A stretch of 54,151 nucleotides of DNA from Octopus bimaculoides (taxonomy: Eukaryota), in NCBI RefSeq assembly GCF_001194135.2, contig NC_068988.1, forward strand, positions 15,944,457-15,998,607. The letters are read 5' to 3'. The notes below the pieces were generated by a model. That model did not search any database. It had not been told where the DNA came from and saw only the letters and a program-made list of their open reading frames with translations. Positions within the stretch are counted from its first letter, which is position 1; each line of letters starts with the position of its first letter. Shown here one piece after another: positions 23,606 through 35,361 of the stretch. A program made the translations under genes and the position numbers.

Positions 23606-25179
23606 CTGCCTAATGTCTGTCTCTTTGTTTCTTTATTTATCTGTCTAATTGCAGGTGTGTGTGTTTAAAATGTTCAGATAATTTTTTTTGTCTTCGCCAT
23701 CATTTTCGTTTCCTTCATTTTCCGTCTCATTCCCCATGATTCTATTCATCGTTGTTACTAACTCAATCTTACATCTTTCCCACTTATCCTTTACGGTCAC
23801 ACACACACGCACACACACACAGACATGCACACAATTACAGACAGAAAAACATACATATACATATACCTGAACAGAAAAGCACATAGACACATACGCACGC
23901 ACACATGTGCGCGGGCACTCACACGCACTCACGCACACGCATTCATATGTACCTGAACCGAAACACAAAAACGCTCACACAGTACGCAAACACATACATA
24001 AGGAGGCCATCCTACCTCCTCATATACACATATACACATGTGGTCTGGCCACTGTTTCACACTTTTGATATATTGTTCGAGAAATCAAATAAAAAGATAT
24101 TTTTCTGTGAAAAATTTTTGCTGAGTAAGACACAACTGGAAATCAACCACTCTAGACCAAAACAACTAGAACAAGAAGGACGATAACAACAACAACAACA
24201 ACAACAACAGCAACAACAACAAAGCGTTCATCTACCCCACTATCTCCACCGTTACAATAACACAAAGCATCATTATACTACCACTCCAACCACCATCTAA
24301 ACCACTACCACAAACACCATCACCACCAACACCACCACTACAAACCCTCTCCATCACCATTCCAAACCCTCTCCACCAACACCATCAACAACAACGAGAA
24401 CACCACCATCACCTTCACCAAAAACAACAATAACAACATTCCGAAATTACTTTAAGCCAATCAACATATATATAGGAATATAATGAGGCTAAATGTAGTG
24501 ATTTATGTACAATGAATGTTTGTTGTGAGGTAGATCGAATCAAGTTGATTCCGTTCGAACTTTTAGTAAACATTCTGGCAGCAATGAAATTGTAATCTAT
24601 AAAAGAACAACTTAGAGATGTTTGATTGTATCACAATAATCTTTGCTACTAAGAGATTTTTCTAGTTTGTTTATTGTTGCCGCCATCGTAGTAGCAGTGA
24701 TATTAGTCGGTGTTGCTGGTATGATTATTGTTGTTGTTTCCTTTGTGTAAAAAGATAAAAAAATGTATTTGAAATTCCCCAGATTACGAGATTGTTTCAT
24801 TGAGTAATATTGGACAGCAAGCTTTTCAAGGAGACATGTTTGATAATGTTGTTTCTTTATCCCCTTTTTACACTCTTATTTTTCTCATAGAAGAACTTCA
24901 TTCACTCATTCTTTGTTCCTTCGACATTCGTTTGCTATCGTTTTACTGTTTCTTTTCCTCTTGTGCTTCTCTCCCCTCTGTCAGTCACACACACGAACAC
25001 TCATACACAAACGCATGCATGCGTATGCATACATACGCATATATACGTACACAGACGCTAAATGAGTAAATATCGTTGAAAAAAATATGTCAGACATTGC
25101 GTGTTATCGTCGTTATTAATTCAAGCAGATTTATAGTCAACCATTTTGTGATTTTAGGCGCCAAAAGATAAAAAAAAAT

Positions 25180-26420
25180 TTCACAAAACAGTTTGATTGG
25201 GTTGAAAAATAGGAGTTAAAGAGACAGAGGCTATGATATGTGCTATGGCTGTGTAATAGGAGATCCTCTACCAGAAACGAAAGTAGCTGGTTGAGTTATC
25301 TGAATGTAAGTTCGGTGGGATCGTTACATGGTTACATGGGAAGATGATGGGTGAATTTAGCTGATAACTTTAAGGGTCTGGTTATGGGAAATAGATAGGC
25401 CGAATGAGACAAGGTTCATTATCAAGCGGGCTGCATTACTAAAAGAAATTCAAGGTAAATTTTCGTTAGGCGTACTATTCAGAAAGTCCCGTGAGCCTCA
25501 GTTTTCCCATGACTTGTTTAAGAGATATAGGAATAAGGCAATTTATAGTGAAATGAGAGCTAAGGCTTCACCTTTTAGGAAGCATATGCACTGGCCACCA
25601 AGGCACCGCTGTTGTTGGCCAGTTTGGCAGCGATATTGATGGCGATTTAGCGCTGTAAGTTGTTTCAAACGCTTTCAGAAATCGAAGTGGTCCACAATTC
25701 AACAGTGGATAGAACGAGTCTTGAATTGCATTGAGACGGGAATCTAATGAGATGAGTGTTGGCTAAGATCACGAAAGCAATTGGTGGAACTGGGTTAAAT
25801 CTTCCAGTTGCAAAAGGAGTCATACAACTTGGTATGGCGCAGGAACCGGTTAGTGTCAGTTTATTTCTGGAACTCGCTCATAGAGGGAGAGGGTGGACGG
25901 AAGGGTTTGAAACGGAGACCTCTATGAAGGATGAAATGCTCTGCGCTGGAGAGTGAAAAGTCAAAGAATAGTCACAGTTATGTACAGAGGCGTGATAGGT
26001 CCATGGACATTAGGGCAGCGAAGATTAGCTTTGTGAATTGGTGGAGTTGATGGGTTTTCGTGTACAAGATTTGGTTAAACTGATGCGTATAAAGAGCGAT
26101 AAGTATTTGGTGAATTATTGAAATAGATATGCTATGGAGTGGGCAATAAGTAGGTAGAGAAAAAGAGCCGGGAGTAGTAAATATCGTAGTTCAATGCAGG
26201 GAGATGTGAACAAGTGAATTAAACGATGACGAGCTTGCATATTTGGGAATAACGAGTACCATGAAAGAAGCTTAGTAGCTGGTGGGTTTGAAACTGACGG
26301 AAATCACAAAGATACGGTTATGGTCAAGGCAGTACTTAAGGAAGGTAATACGGGCTGGAAGAACGCGTTGTGGTAAAAATAGGTTTATAAAGTTCTAAGA
26401 ATATGTGATGGTGACAGTGA
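25180..26420 (-). mobile_element. Penelope-like element, heavily decayed N-terminal/RT ORF remnant
   Basis: Fragments in changing frames: RITFLKYCLDHN, LSSAEHFILHRGLRFKP..DTNRFLRHTKLYDSF, IAINIAAKLANNSGALVA, NDPTEL. These are in the order of the PLE motifs (H+TFL..CL; LS.AE..+L.+GL.F.P..D...F.R...L...F; I+IK.ADKGGA+V; C..PTE). Confidence 0.7.
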
Positions 26421-27621
26421 AAATTAAGTGTCTGAATCCCATGATTGTGGCATTCATTTCCCTTAGTGTACGCTCTCTTTTTTTCTGCTGTAAAACAACT
26501 TCTTCACTCCACCCACCTCATATCTGTTTTACTATTACCTCTGATCCAACAATGTGATTTTTCTCTCTAACATATTTGTTTCATTTCCCTTTTACATCTA
26601 TTTTGATAAAGAAGATTTGTTTGAATCGTTAATTCTTCTTTTTCTTCCCTCCACAAATAATTACGTTGACTTTGTAAAATTTTTTGTGTTGTTTTGTTCT
26701 TTGTTTTTTTCCCTTCCTTATACTCGTGTCTCACTTGGATAAAATTTGTATCATTCTTTGAACTCTTTGTATTCGCAAATCGTTTCTTTATCGTGGATAC
26801 TTTTTCCGTGATTAAACAGTTTAAATATATATCTGATTTAATGATTTAATACTTATCGTTTTAAAGCGGAGTTTACATCTTTGACCTTCTTAATATTGCT
26901 TTTTGAAAAACATCAAATGGAGGGATATTTTTGTCTCTCGATATCATTTTATTCGTTATTTTTTATGCTATTCCGTTGAACATAAATTGACTACCAGTTA
27001 GTGTATATTGATTATATGAAATATCATTGGATTTTGATTACTTTTCTTATCTTTCTAATAACAACGAGTCCTACATTAAGAAAATATAAGTTGTAGACTC
27101 ATTTCTTTTAGATCTCTACTCTGGTTATCTATAGAGAATTTACAAGTTTTGATGCTGATAAGATAAAGACATTGTAACGTTTTGGCTATTTTCTGTCTGT
27201 GGGGGAAGGATGAAATCTATATTCATATATTTCAAGACCTCTAAGAATGGGAGAGGATAAACGATGAATAAATCGAAATTCAAGAGTCATTCTCAAACTG
27301 AAGATTGCTTCGAATATTCCTAAATAGTTTCTACCAAATTACCCCAAAGCTAGATGGCTGTGTCAGACTAAGTGGTAGTTTAAGTCTATCACCATATTTA
27401 CCAGACAAAGAAAGTGTTTATACATTTTGATAGTTACCGTTAGAGCTGGGAATTTTGAATATTGAATAATTGTAAGGTAGACTGTAAGGTAAGAAATTTA
27501 CTTTCCCATCTCATAGTTTCGGGTTCAATTCCTTAGACAGTTGACCTCCACAATTACCTCGAACCAGCCAAAAACCCTGTGAGTGTATTAGTTTGACAGA
27601 AACTGAAAGAAGCCCGTCGTA

Positions 27622-27653
<32 letters not shown>

Positions 27654-27658
<5 letters not shown>

Positions 27659-27925
27659 GGTATGTTACCAGCTTAATGTGGCAGTCCCATTAAATGGAAG
27701 ATTGCTATTTAATCCTAGGAAACACTATCCCCAGTTGGCCATGACACATTTTCTGTGTTCTTATATTTTCAAAGGGGAGATAAGCACCTCCACCCAGCAA
27801 AGCTACCATCCAGAGACTAGTTTCAGAGTCATTGCTCATCATCAGTCTGGAGTAGCATGGCTTGCTAGATGTCGATGCTTATTCGCTTTTGAAATCATAT
27901 ATATTTCAAGTGAAATACATTCATT
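27654..27925 (-). mobile_element. Non-coding hammerhead-bearing insert (Penelope-terminal or retrozyme-like) in a (TA)n tract
   Basis: Unique ~270 bp between (TA)n runs; contains the ribozyme motif below; no meaningful ORF. Right boundary approximate. Confidence 0.6.
27797..27865 (-). ncRNA. Type I hammerhead ribozyme (candidate)
   Basis: Minus: GCAA-GCCAT-GCTAC-T-CCAGA-CTGATGA-TGAG-CAATGA-CTCT-GAAAC-TA-GTC^TCTGG-A-TG-GTAGC-T-TTGC. It has the exact CUGAUGA and GAAA core and a GUC cleavage triplet. Stem I is CCAGA/TCTGG with a bulged extension, stem II is GAG/CTC with a U-U at 10.1/11.1, and stem III is the palindromic ACTAGT. Confidence 0.8.
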
Positions 27926-28089
27926 TTATATATATATATATAAATGTGCACATACACACATACACACGCGCGCACACACACACACACATATGTACACATA
28001 TATTTATATCATATGTGTATATATATGTACGTATGTATATATACAACATTATATACATATATATAATACGCTAGACATACACGCACACA

Positions 28090-28134
<45 letters not shown>

Positions 28135-28803
28135 ATTAGTGTTCGTCTACCGCCCGTGCTTGACAACAGGTGCCAGTTTATCTACACCTCTGCAACATAG
28201 CGGTTAGGTAAAACAAACCTATAGAATAAGTACATGGCTATGAAAAAAGTATTGGGTGTTAATTTGTCTGATTAAAACGTCCTGCATGTTGGTCCCTTAG
28301 TATGGTTGCATTCCAATGATTGAAAAAAGTAAAAGAAAAAAAAAAACAGAATTTCATCTTCATCGATAAATACATTTTAAATTTGATATTTAAATAAATA
28401 ATTTGAATTCGTAATAAAAACCCCCAATAATCAATGAAACTCTCGACCAAAAAGTCCAGCCACAATCTCCAGTTGTTGGATGAATTTAAGTCATAATAAC
28501 AAAAGTCCATTCTTGCAACTTCTCCAGACCCATATACAACGAAAATTATTTTTGAGGTTCAACCACGAACCCTAAATCTTGAATATTTTAGAATGTGCAT
28601 AACTGATATTGTTGTGTGTGGTAGTGTGGTCCTTAGCTCCTGATGGGGGCGTAGAGGCAATATCATGATATGCCTTGGGGATTTCCTTTTAAAAATATGG
28701 TGGAGCCCATTTTTCCGATTTTTCTATCTAAATACTGTCGATGTTGTCTTGAAAGGACGTGATGTATGTATGTGTGTGTATGTGTGTTTGCAAGCATGGA
28801 AAT

Positions 28804-28844
<41 letters not shown>

Positions 28845-28853
<9 letters not shown>

Positions 28854-28985
28854 CGACCCTAGTATTGATATTTTATTTATTGACCTAGAAAGGTTACCAA
28901 CCAAAGCTGTCTGCGGCTGTACTTGAACTCACATCACAGGGAGCCGGAACCAATAACGCAAACTAATACACTCCTCTGCCAATCA
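28845..28985 (-). mobile_element. SINE family B, old diverged copy
   Basis: AATCGACCCTAGTA...TTGACCTAGAAAGG...TTGAACTCAC...CTCTGCCAATC is weakly colinear with family B. Confidence 0.5.
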
Positions 28986-29129
28986 AAAAGATTTATTTTC
29001 TGAAAATTATATAAAAAATTTATCACATCTAACGTAAACAGTTGAATAAACAATATTATTGAATTTCATTCAAGAATTTATCATTTTCACCTGGATTTCT
29101 TTTTGTTTCTAACTTCATATACTTTAAAG

Positions 29130-29445
29130 CAGTGATTCCCAACGTGGGGCATACGCCCCGCCACTGCAACCTAGGAAAATTGTGGTGAGACGTGGTTCTG
29201 TAGTTGTCAGGCACAAGGTTCTCATTAAAGTGAGAACCTTGCGCCTTTTTGTTTCTTAGTCAATAACGTACTTATGTTTTTGTACTCAGTACTTTATAAA
29301 AGAAACACCAGTAGATTCTTTTGTATTAAGTAATTGTGGTGAAATATTAAAAATAAAGTTTATTTTTTTTCCTACCACCGGTGGGGCATACATTTTCTCG
29401 GAAAGTTACAGTGGGACCCGGGAGAAGATAGATTGGGAAATACTG
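29130..29445. mobile_element. hAT (Charlie-like) MITE
   Basis: TIRs CAGTGATTCCCAAC / ATTGGGAAATACTG (11/14); 8-bp flanks CTTTAAAG / TTTTAAAA (6/8, central TA), as expected for hAT TSDs. Confidence 0.75.
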
Positions 29446-30181
29446 TTTTAAAATTCAAATGCTATTTATTCTTTTCTTCAAAACTGTTGAACGAAATATT
29501 TCCAGTGTTCCTGGAAAGAGTTAAAACATTCTGGAAAATATCCAGTAGCGATCCAGTTAAATATAATCCAAGATAACAGAAACATTCTGAAGGAAATGCA
29601 AAAGATAAAATGGAAGTCTACTATATTTGAAATTAATCGAAAGAGAACGGACTATCCTATTACTTCATGTTTCAGCTATACCCTTCACTATTGAAAGTAT
29701 AAAAAGCGAATGAATATCTGTCTACTTCAAAATTCTGCTTTTATACATAACATAATCACATCAACAATAAAATACATGATTTATTTCAGATATTGTTCTA
29801 ATGTAATACTTACTTCATATTGGTTGGCTGCCATTCAAACCAACTTTTGTTATCAGGCGAAATACGAGATATAAGAGAATTAAATATTTTTGTAAAGGCA
29901 CCGTTTCGTATTTCAAACCCTTCTGTTTTATATTATCCTGCCTTATGATTTTGTAGTAATTCAATTCTCTAATCTATTGTGTATTGCAACCATTTGGCCA
30001 GGTTAATTCCATCGCTTAAATTATTCAATGCTAACTTCAGCTAAAAGGGAAAATATAGGAATTACTTGTCGGGAGGCTCATATCCTTATAAGTATACAAA
30101 ATACATACATTGCTCTTTCCTTATCTGCTTTCTTCGTTTGAGAACATTCCAAATCATAGGATATAAAAGCATAGTGTTTTA

Positions 30182-30249
<68 letters not shown>

Positions 30250-30325
30250 CCAGACGTGGATGTGCGGTGAGAAGTTTGCTTTCAAACCACATGGTTCCAC
30301 TTTAGTCCCACTGCATGGCACCTTG
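30250..30325 (+). mobile_element. SINE family A head fragment
   Basis: GTGGATGTGCGGTGAGAAG...AACCACATGGTTCC...AGTCCCACTGCATGGCACCTTG. Confidence 0.7.
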
Positions 30326-30557
30326 TTTGTATCGAAATGTAACTGAATACTAGATTTTCTTGTAAAATGTTTTAGAAGCATTATAAAAGAGATCCCGCGA
30401 TTAAGTAAACTTTGTGCATTTTAGGAGCATAGTAAAATTATGTATAAAAACAACTGAGCCAATTTTTTTAACCCTACTTGAGAAACTCAACGCACTCAGT
30501 GTTTTACTCATACTCGGTGATGAAGAACATAAGGAAACAACATAACTGAAGTTTCCA

Positions 30558-30688
30558 TCCGAAGCCGACTTTGCTTTTTATCCTTTCGGGGTTGATAAAT
30601 TAAGTACTATTTGCGTACTGGGGTCGATCTAATCGACTGCTTCTCTTCCCCAAAATTTTGGGCCTTGTGCCTAGAGTAGAAAAGAATA
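30558..30688 (+). mobile_element. SINE family B, 5'-truncated
   Basis: CGACTTTGCTTTTTATCCTTTCGGGGTTGATAAATTAAGTAC...GTGCCTAGAGTAGAAAAGAATA matches 48750-48872. Confidence 0.85.
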
Positions 30689-32281
30689 TAATTCAAATTT
30701 TAAGATACTATACTAGATCCAATGATTGATATATCCAAACTTGGTTTCGTGTTTTAATCTAATTTAACACATTAAGTCAACGCGAAACATCTTAACGCCG
30801 CCACTGAATTTGGGACGCTTATATAACTTATGAGGTATTTTATATTTTTCAAAATGTACCTATCCTAATGCTGGAGAAATCATAACAATCAAGCACAGGC
30901 CAAATTTAATTTTGAAAAATTACATTAATACCTAGATAACATACGTAAATGACATGTTTAAACAAATTTACCTTAGTGATAATTTTACCAAGGCTAATGA
31001 ACCTTGACATTAAAATTTGATTTTGTTTAGTAAGAAGGACGAAATTGCTATTTTTTTATCCACATAGGTGTTGATAAGTAAAGTCGGTAGGCAAGGGCGA
31101 TAACTGATAAGCAAGTGGGCAGGGAAGGGTGATAACTGATAAGCCGATGACAAAAGTAACTCCCGTTGACCTTCTTGATACACCTTTCGGAAAAGGTTAC
31201 TTTCCTCTTCTTCTTCAGGAAAAAGTAATATTTTTTTATAATCCTGTTCACAAGGCACCAAATTAATAGTTTCTGTTTCGATGAAGCTTTACCAATTTGT
31301 TGTTGATTGTTAATAGATTAAAAAATTTTTTTGCTTATCGATTGACAGAAACAGGATGAATGTCGATTTCGGAGATTTCTTTTCGCAAAAACGTGAAAAA
31401 TGAAAAATGAAGGAAAAATTTTAATATTTGATGTTCTTGGTTATGAAAAATTTTTACAAAGTATCTTTTACAATCCTTTAGCTTTCGTTTCATATGCAAT
31501 ATATCTTTAGTTTAGTTTTCTCAGCTAGAGTGTAGTTGGGTCTCAAGGGGGTGGTACAAACCTAGCAATATGTATTTTATAGTGAAAACAAAATTTCCAT
31601 TCAAATGGCAATTACCGGACGATTTCTGTTCGAGTTTGACCGTTTTAAGTCGTAGTAGAAACGCGAACTATGTTGGAAACAGGTATACAAGTATTGTGTA
31701 AATTTTATAATTGTAAAATTTACTATATTTTGTACATACAATTATATCAACCTGCGGGCGCAATAAAATGGACTCGCGGGGTTTTCCCCATCCCTGGCTG
31801 AAATCTAAACTCGTTTATAAAAACATCATCCATTTCAATGTTGTATTTCATGCTTCTCTCCATTACGTTATGCTTGTACATTAATGCATTGTATTTTGAT
31901 TAATGTTTGGGGATTACGCGCGAGCGCACACACCTGCACACACACACACACACACACGCACACACGTGCACACACACACACACACACTCACACACACACA
32001 CACACACACTCTCTCTCTCTCTCTCTCTCTTACGTATAAAAATGACGCACCAGTATATGAACAGATTATAAATTCATTAACTAAGTATATCAGGGATCAG
32101 GAAAATGTATACATGGTCACGATGGAAGATGGTTCTAATTGAAATAGTAATTCTGTCTGCAAAGAAATTCGCAAAAAGCCGTTTACATTTTGTCAGTAAA
32201 GCCGTTTATTTTACTCTTACATAACTTCGATTAAATCTTGTTGTACTTTAGAGCAGGTATGACTATAACATATTTTTTATC

Positions 32282-33160
32282 TGATTATTGCATAATTAAA
32301 TATTTAATAACGCATACGTTTTTAGTTTATTTTTAAGTTATTTCCCATAGATTATAAAACGGGAAAGAAAAATTCTGTTCAAGGAATGCGCCAAACAGCA
32401 GTAAATTGAACATTCGCATTGTGTTTAATGTTGTGCTTCTTGTATTCAACGGTGTTAAATGTAAATCGATCTTCATGAGAAATGTCTATGTTTCGAGCAT
32501 TTTTCAGTTTGTAGTAATACTGGTTTGATAATGTTTTATAAATGCAAAAAAAAACAAAACAAAACAAAACAAAAAAAACTATATATTAATTAAATCGATA
32601 TTAGCTTCATTGAATCTTCGCACTTGGGCATATGCAACGCTCTATATTCTTTATCTATATTCGTATATAGAAACCTACATGACGCTCCCGAATCTATATT
32701 CGTATCTATATTCGTATATAGAAACCTACATGACGCTCCCGAATCTATATTCGTATCTATATTCGTATATAGAAACATACATGATGCTTCCATATTTTTA
32801 TGTGATTATTGCATAATTAATTGCACAATTATGTATTGCATAATTAAATACTTAATAAAGCCTATCCTTTAATTTATATTCCAGTTATTTCTCATTGAGT
32901 ATGGAACAGGAAGGAAAAATTCACTTCCTAGAGTGCGTCAAACGGTAGTAAATTGAACATACGTATTGTGTTCACACGATTTTCCTCTTGTATTCAAGAT
33001 AAAATGTCAATCCAACTTCATGAGAAATGTTCATGTTTTGAGCAGTTTGCAATTTGTAGTAATATTGGTTTATATCTTTTATAATTGTAAAAACTGTATA
33101 TAAATTAGATCTGCATTAGTTTTATTGAATCTTTGCACTTTGACATATGTAACCTTCTAT
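32282..33160 (+). repeat. Diverged ~360-bp tandem duplication (32282-32650; 32828-33160) separated by a 51-bp minisatellite (~2.7 copies, 32650-32790)
   Basis: Shared blocks TTGCATAATTAAATA, GTAAATTGAACAT, CTTCATGAGAAATGT, TTTGTAGTAATA, TTGAATCTT in the same order; minisatellite unit CTATATTCGTATCTATATTCGTATATAGAAACCTACATGACGCTCCCGAAT. Confidence 0.88.
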
Positions 33161-33212
33161 ACTAATACAGATAAAAACTGTAGAATCTACAGTTTTTATC
33201 TGTATTAGTATA
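33158..33212. repeat. Perfect 27-bp inverted repeat with 1-nt spacer
   Basis: TATACTAATACAGATAAAAACTGTAGA-A-TCTACAGTTTTTATCTGTATTAGTATA, checked base by base. Confidence 0.98.
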
Positions 33213-33262
33213 TAGGAACATACTCAAGCGCGCACACTCCCGCACGCATAGACGTTTTATGA

Positions 33263-33295
<33 letters not shown>

Positions 33296-34509
33296 AGAGT
33301 AAGAGTAATAGAATGAAGGAGTAAAGAAAGAAAATACACGCTTAGTGACAAATAGCGAGTAAAATAGTCTGAAGTATTGGGTACATGATAATCACAGGGA
33401 AACAGGTGTATAATGTGCGAATGAGTGCACCAGCCATTATAAGAAGAGAAGACAAGCGAGCAAAGTGAGAGACAGAGAGGGAGGGAGAGAGGGAGAAAGA
33501 GAGACAGAGACAAGGCAGTAAAAATAGAGAAAGAGGGAGATGAAGGATGTTAAAAGAATTATTTTCTCGTAGGTAATATATTTTATACTATATAACCTGA
33601 GAGGAAGAGTAAACAGTAAAATTTGTTTATCGGTAATAAACTTCCTAAGATTACACCATACATATGTTGTTAGTGTTAACCCGAGGGTGAAATAGCCAAG
33701 AGGCGAGACAAGACGAGATCTTTTAAAATGCCAGCAACACGCTGGCAAATGGATATCTCATTGTTGAGAAGACTACAAAGATAATAAAAAAAAAGAAAGA
33801 AAACGCACAAGACATAAAACACCATTCATTCATGATGCGAAAACGAAAATTTAAGTAAAAAAAAGCAAAAAAAAAACCAACAACAAATCAGCAATATAAA
33901 CAAAAGTAACAAAAACAACAACAAAAAAAGAAAAAAAAATGAAATATATATATATATATATAAAAGACAAATCTGAACAAGAAAACACCGAAGTTAACCA
34001 ATCAATTTATTTTACATCATCTTATTTTGCTTCTTTGTAGCTTCGAGAAAAGTTCGAAATTTATTTATTTATTTGTTTTGTTTGCGTTTTGCTTTTATTT
34101 GCTTGTTTATTATACCTTTATTTATTTATCCATCAAAAGAGCAAGTTTCGTTATAAATAGTATTCTATCCGCTATTGGTTTTAGCTCAATAGTTTAACTG
34201 TTATTACGGTAGTTTTCTTAACAGTTCAATGCTTCGTGCACATATCCAGAATGGAACGGAATACAAAATATAACAAAAACATCTATTTTTTAAAAAATAA
34301 ATATAAAACAGATAAAGCGAAAACTAAATCAAAAACATTTTCCGTTATTTATTTTGAAGCCGTCTTTTCTCTATAGTTCCACCATATTTATACTAATTTA
34401 TTCCTTCATCTTTGTACGAGATATTTCTATATCAATATTATCACCACCAAACTATTCACCAATTTTGAATTAGTACTATACACGTTTCACCTCAGTGTAA
34501 TAAATAGTA

Positions 34510-34725
34510 TCTTAAGTATAAGATGGGGCCTCTATGTAGCCGGTCGTTACATTAGAAATAGCAAACAATGCAACCTCAAATTACAACTTATCGTCTTAAA
34601 ACACAAAGGACATCTTGAATAATGAAAAAACTGGGCTTACGGTAATGCAGGTTCGTCTCGGCTGGAATGCTTCTGATCGTAGATATGTTCAATCACGGCT
34701 GACCGGAGGCTAAACAGCAAGAAGG
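34510..34725 (+). mobile_element. SINE-like family E
   Basis: TTAGAAATAGCA...CCTCAAATTACA...GGCTGGAATGCTTCTGATCGTAG...GGCTGACCGGAGGCTAAACAGCAAG; related pieces at 3680, 43265 (-) and ~44600 (-). Confidence 0.5.
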
Positions 34726-34837
34726 ATGAAGACAAGAACTTCAGCTCTCTTTTCTTTGTTTTTCTTTTTTTTCCCGCTTTTATATATGATTCTTACTCCA
34801 ACATTCCCCCTTACCATGTTTTCTTGCTTTTGTTTAG

Positions 34838-34965
34838 ATCCAGTTCTGCACTGTTAAAAAAATATGATCGTAGGAGGTCAATTCCTGACCACCCAGCAGT
34901 TTTCAAGACTTTGTGTACCTTGGACCACATCATCCACCGTGTTTTTACTTTTAAAAAGTGGTACC
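34838..34965 (+). CDS. Candidate internal exon of an unidentified gene
   Basis: Strong acceptor TTTTCTTGCTTTTGTTTAG and donor GTAAGT; one frame open end to end (SSSALLKKYDRRRSIPDHPAVFKTLCTLDHIIHRVFTFKKWY); richer in GC than its flanks; no family recognised. Confidence 0.4.
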
Positions 34966-35001
34966 GTAAGTGTTTGAAGAATTTACGTCTGCTATATCTC
35001 A

Positions 35002-35103
35002 GATACCTTTTATGCTGATACCTTTTATGCTGATACCTTTTATGCTGATACCTTTTATGCTGATACCTTTTATGCTGATACCTTTTATGATGATACCTTT
35101 CAT
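35002..35103. repeat. 15-bp minisatellite (GATACCTTTTATGCT), ~6.7 copies
   Basis: Direct reading. Confidence 0.96.
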
Positions 35104-35361
35104 AGGGAAAATGAATTTAATTTTCATAATTAGCATACAAAAATTAATCCATGTACCACATTTGAAAACAATTGGAACTCAATTGTAAACAGGGACAAAA
35201 ACCACAAATATCCAAAGTCTGTAAATTAACAATCCATAACTAAGTACTGAGGTCGATAGATTTAAGTAAAAATTTTTGTTGGAAGTGCCACAGCATGACC
35301 ACAGTTGAATGGCTGAAACGAGTAAAATGTAAGATATATATTTATCAACATAGTAATAATA

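Larger units (their letters stand above)
27485..28330 (+). mobile_element. SINE family A (head 27485-27620, body 28135-28330) split by microsatellites and a nested insert
   Basis: Head has CGGGTTCAATTCC...GAAACTGAAAGAAGCCCGTCG; body has GCTTGACAAC...AGCGGTTAGG...GAATAAGTAC. Confidence 0.7.

Noticed and set aside
32650-32790. Regularly spaced repeats suggesting a CRISPR array
   Set aside because: Units are contiguous with no unique spacers; eukaryotic context; no cas genes.
34970-35188. IPFML repeat peptide (and LYGDIGV at 35696)
   Set aside because: Minisatellite units with lengths divisible by 3; near-identical DNA copies with no synonymous variation.
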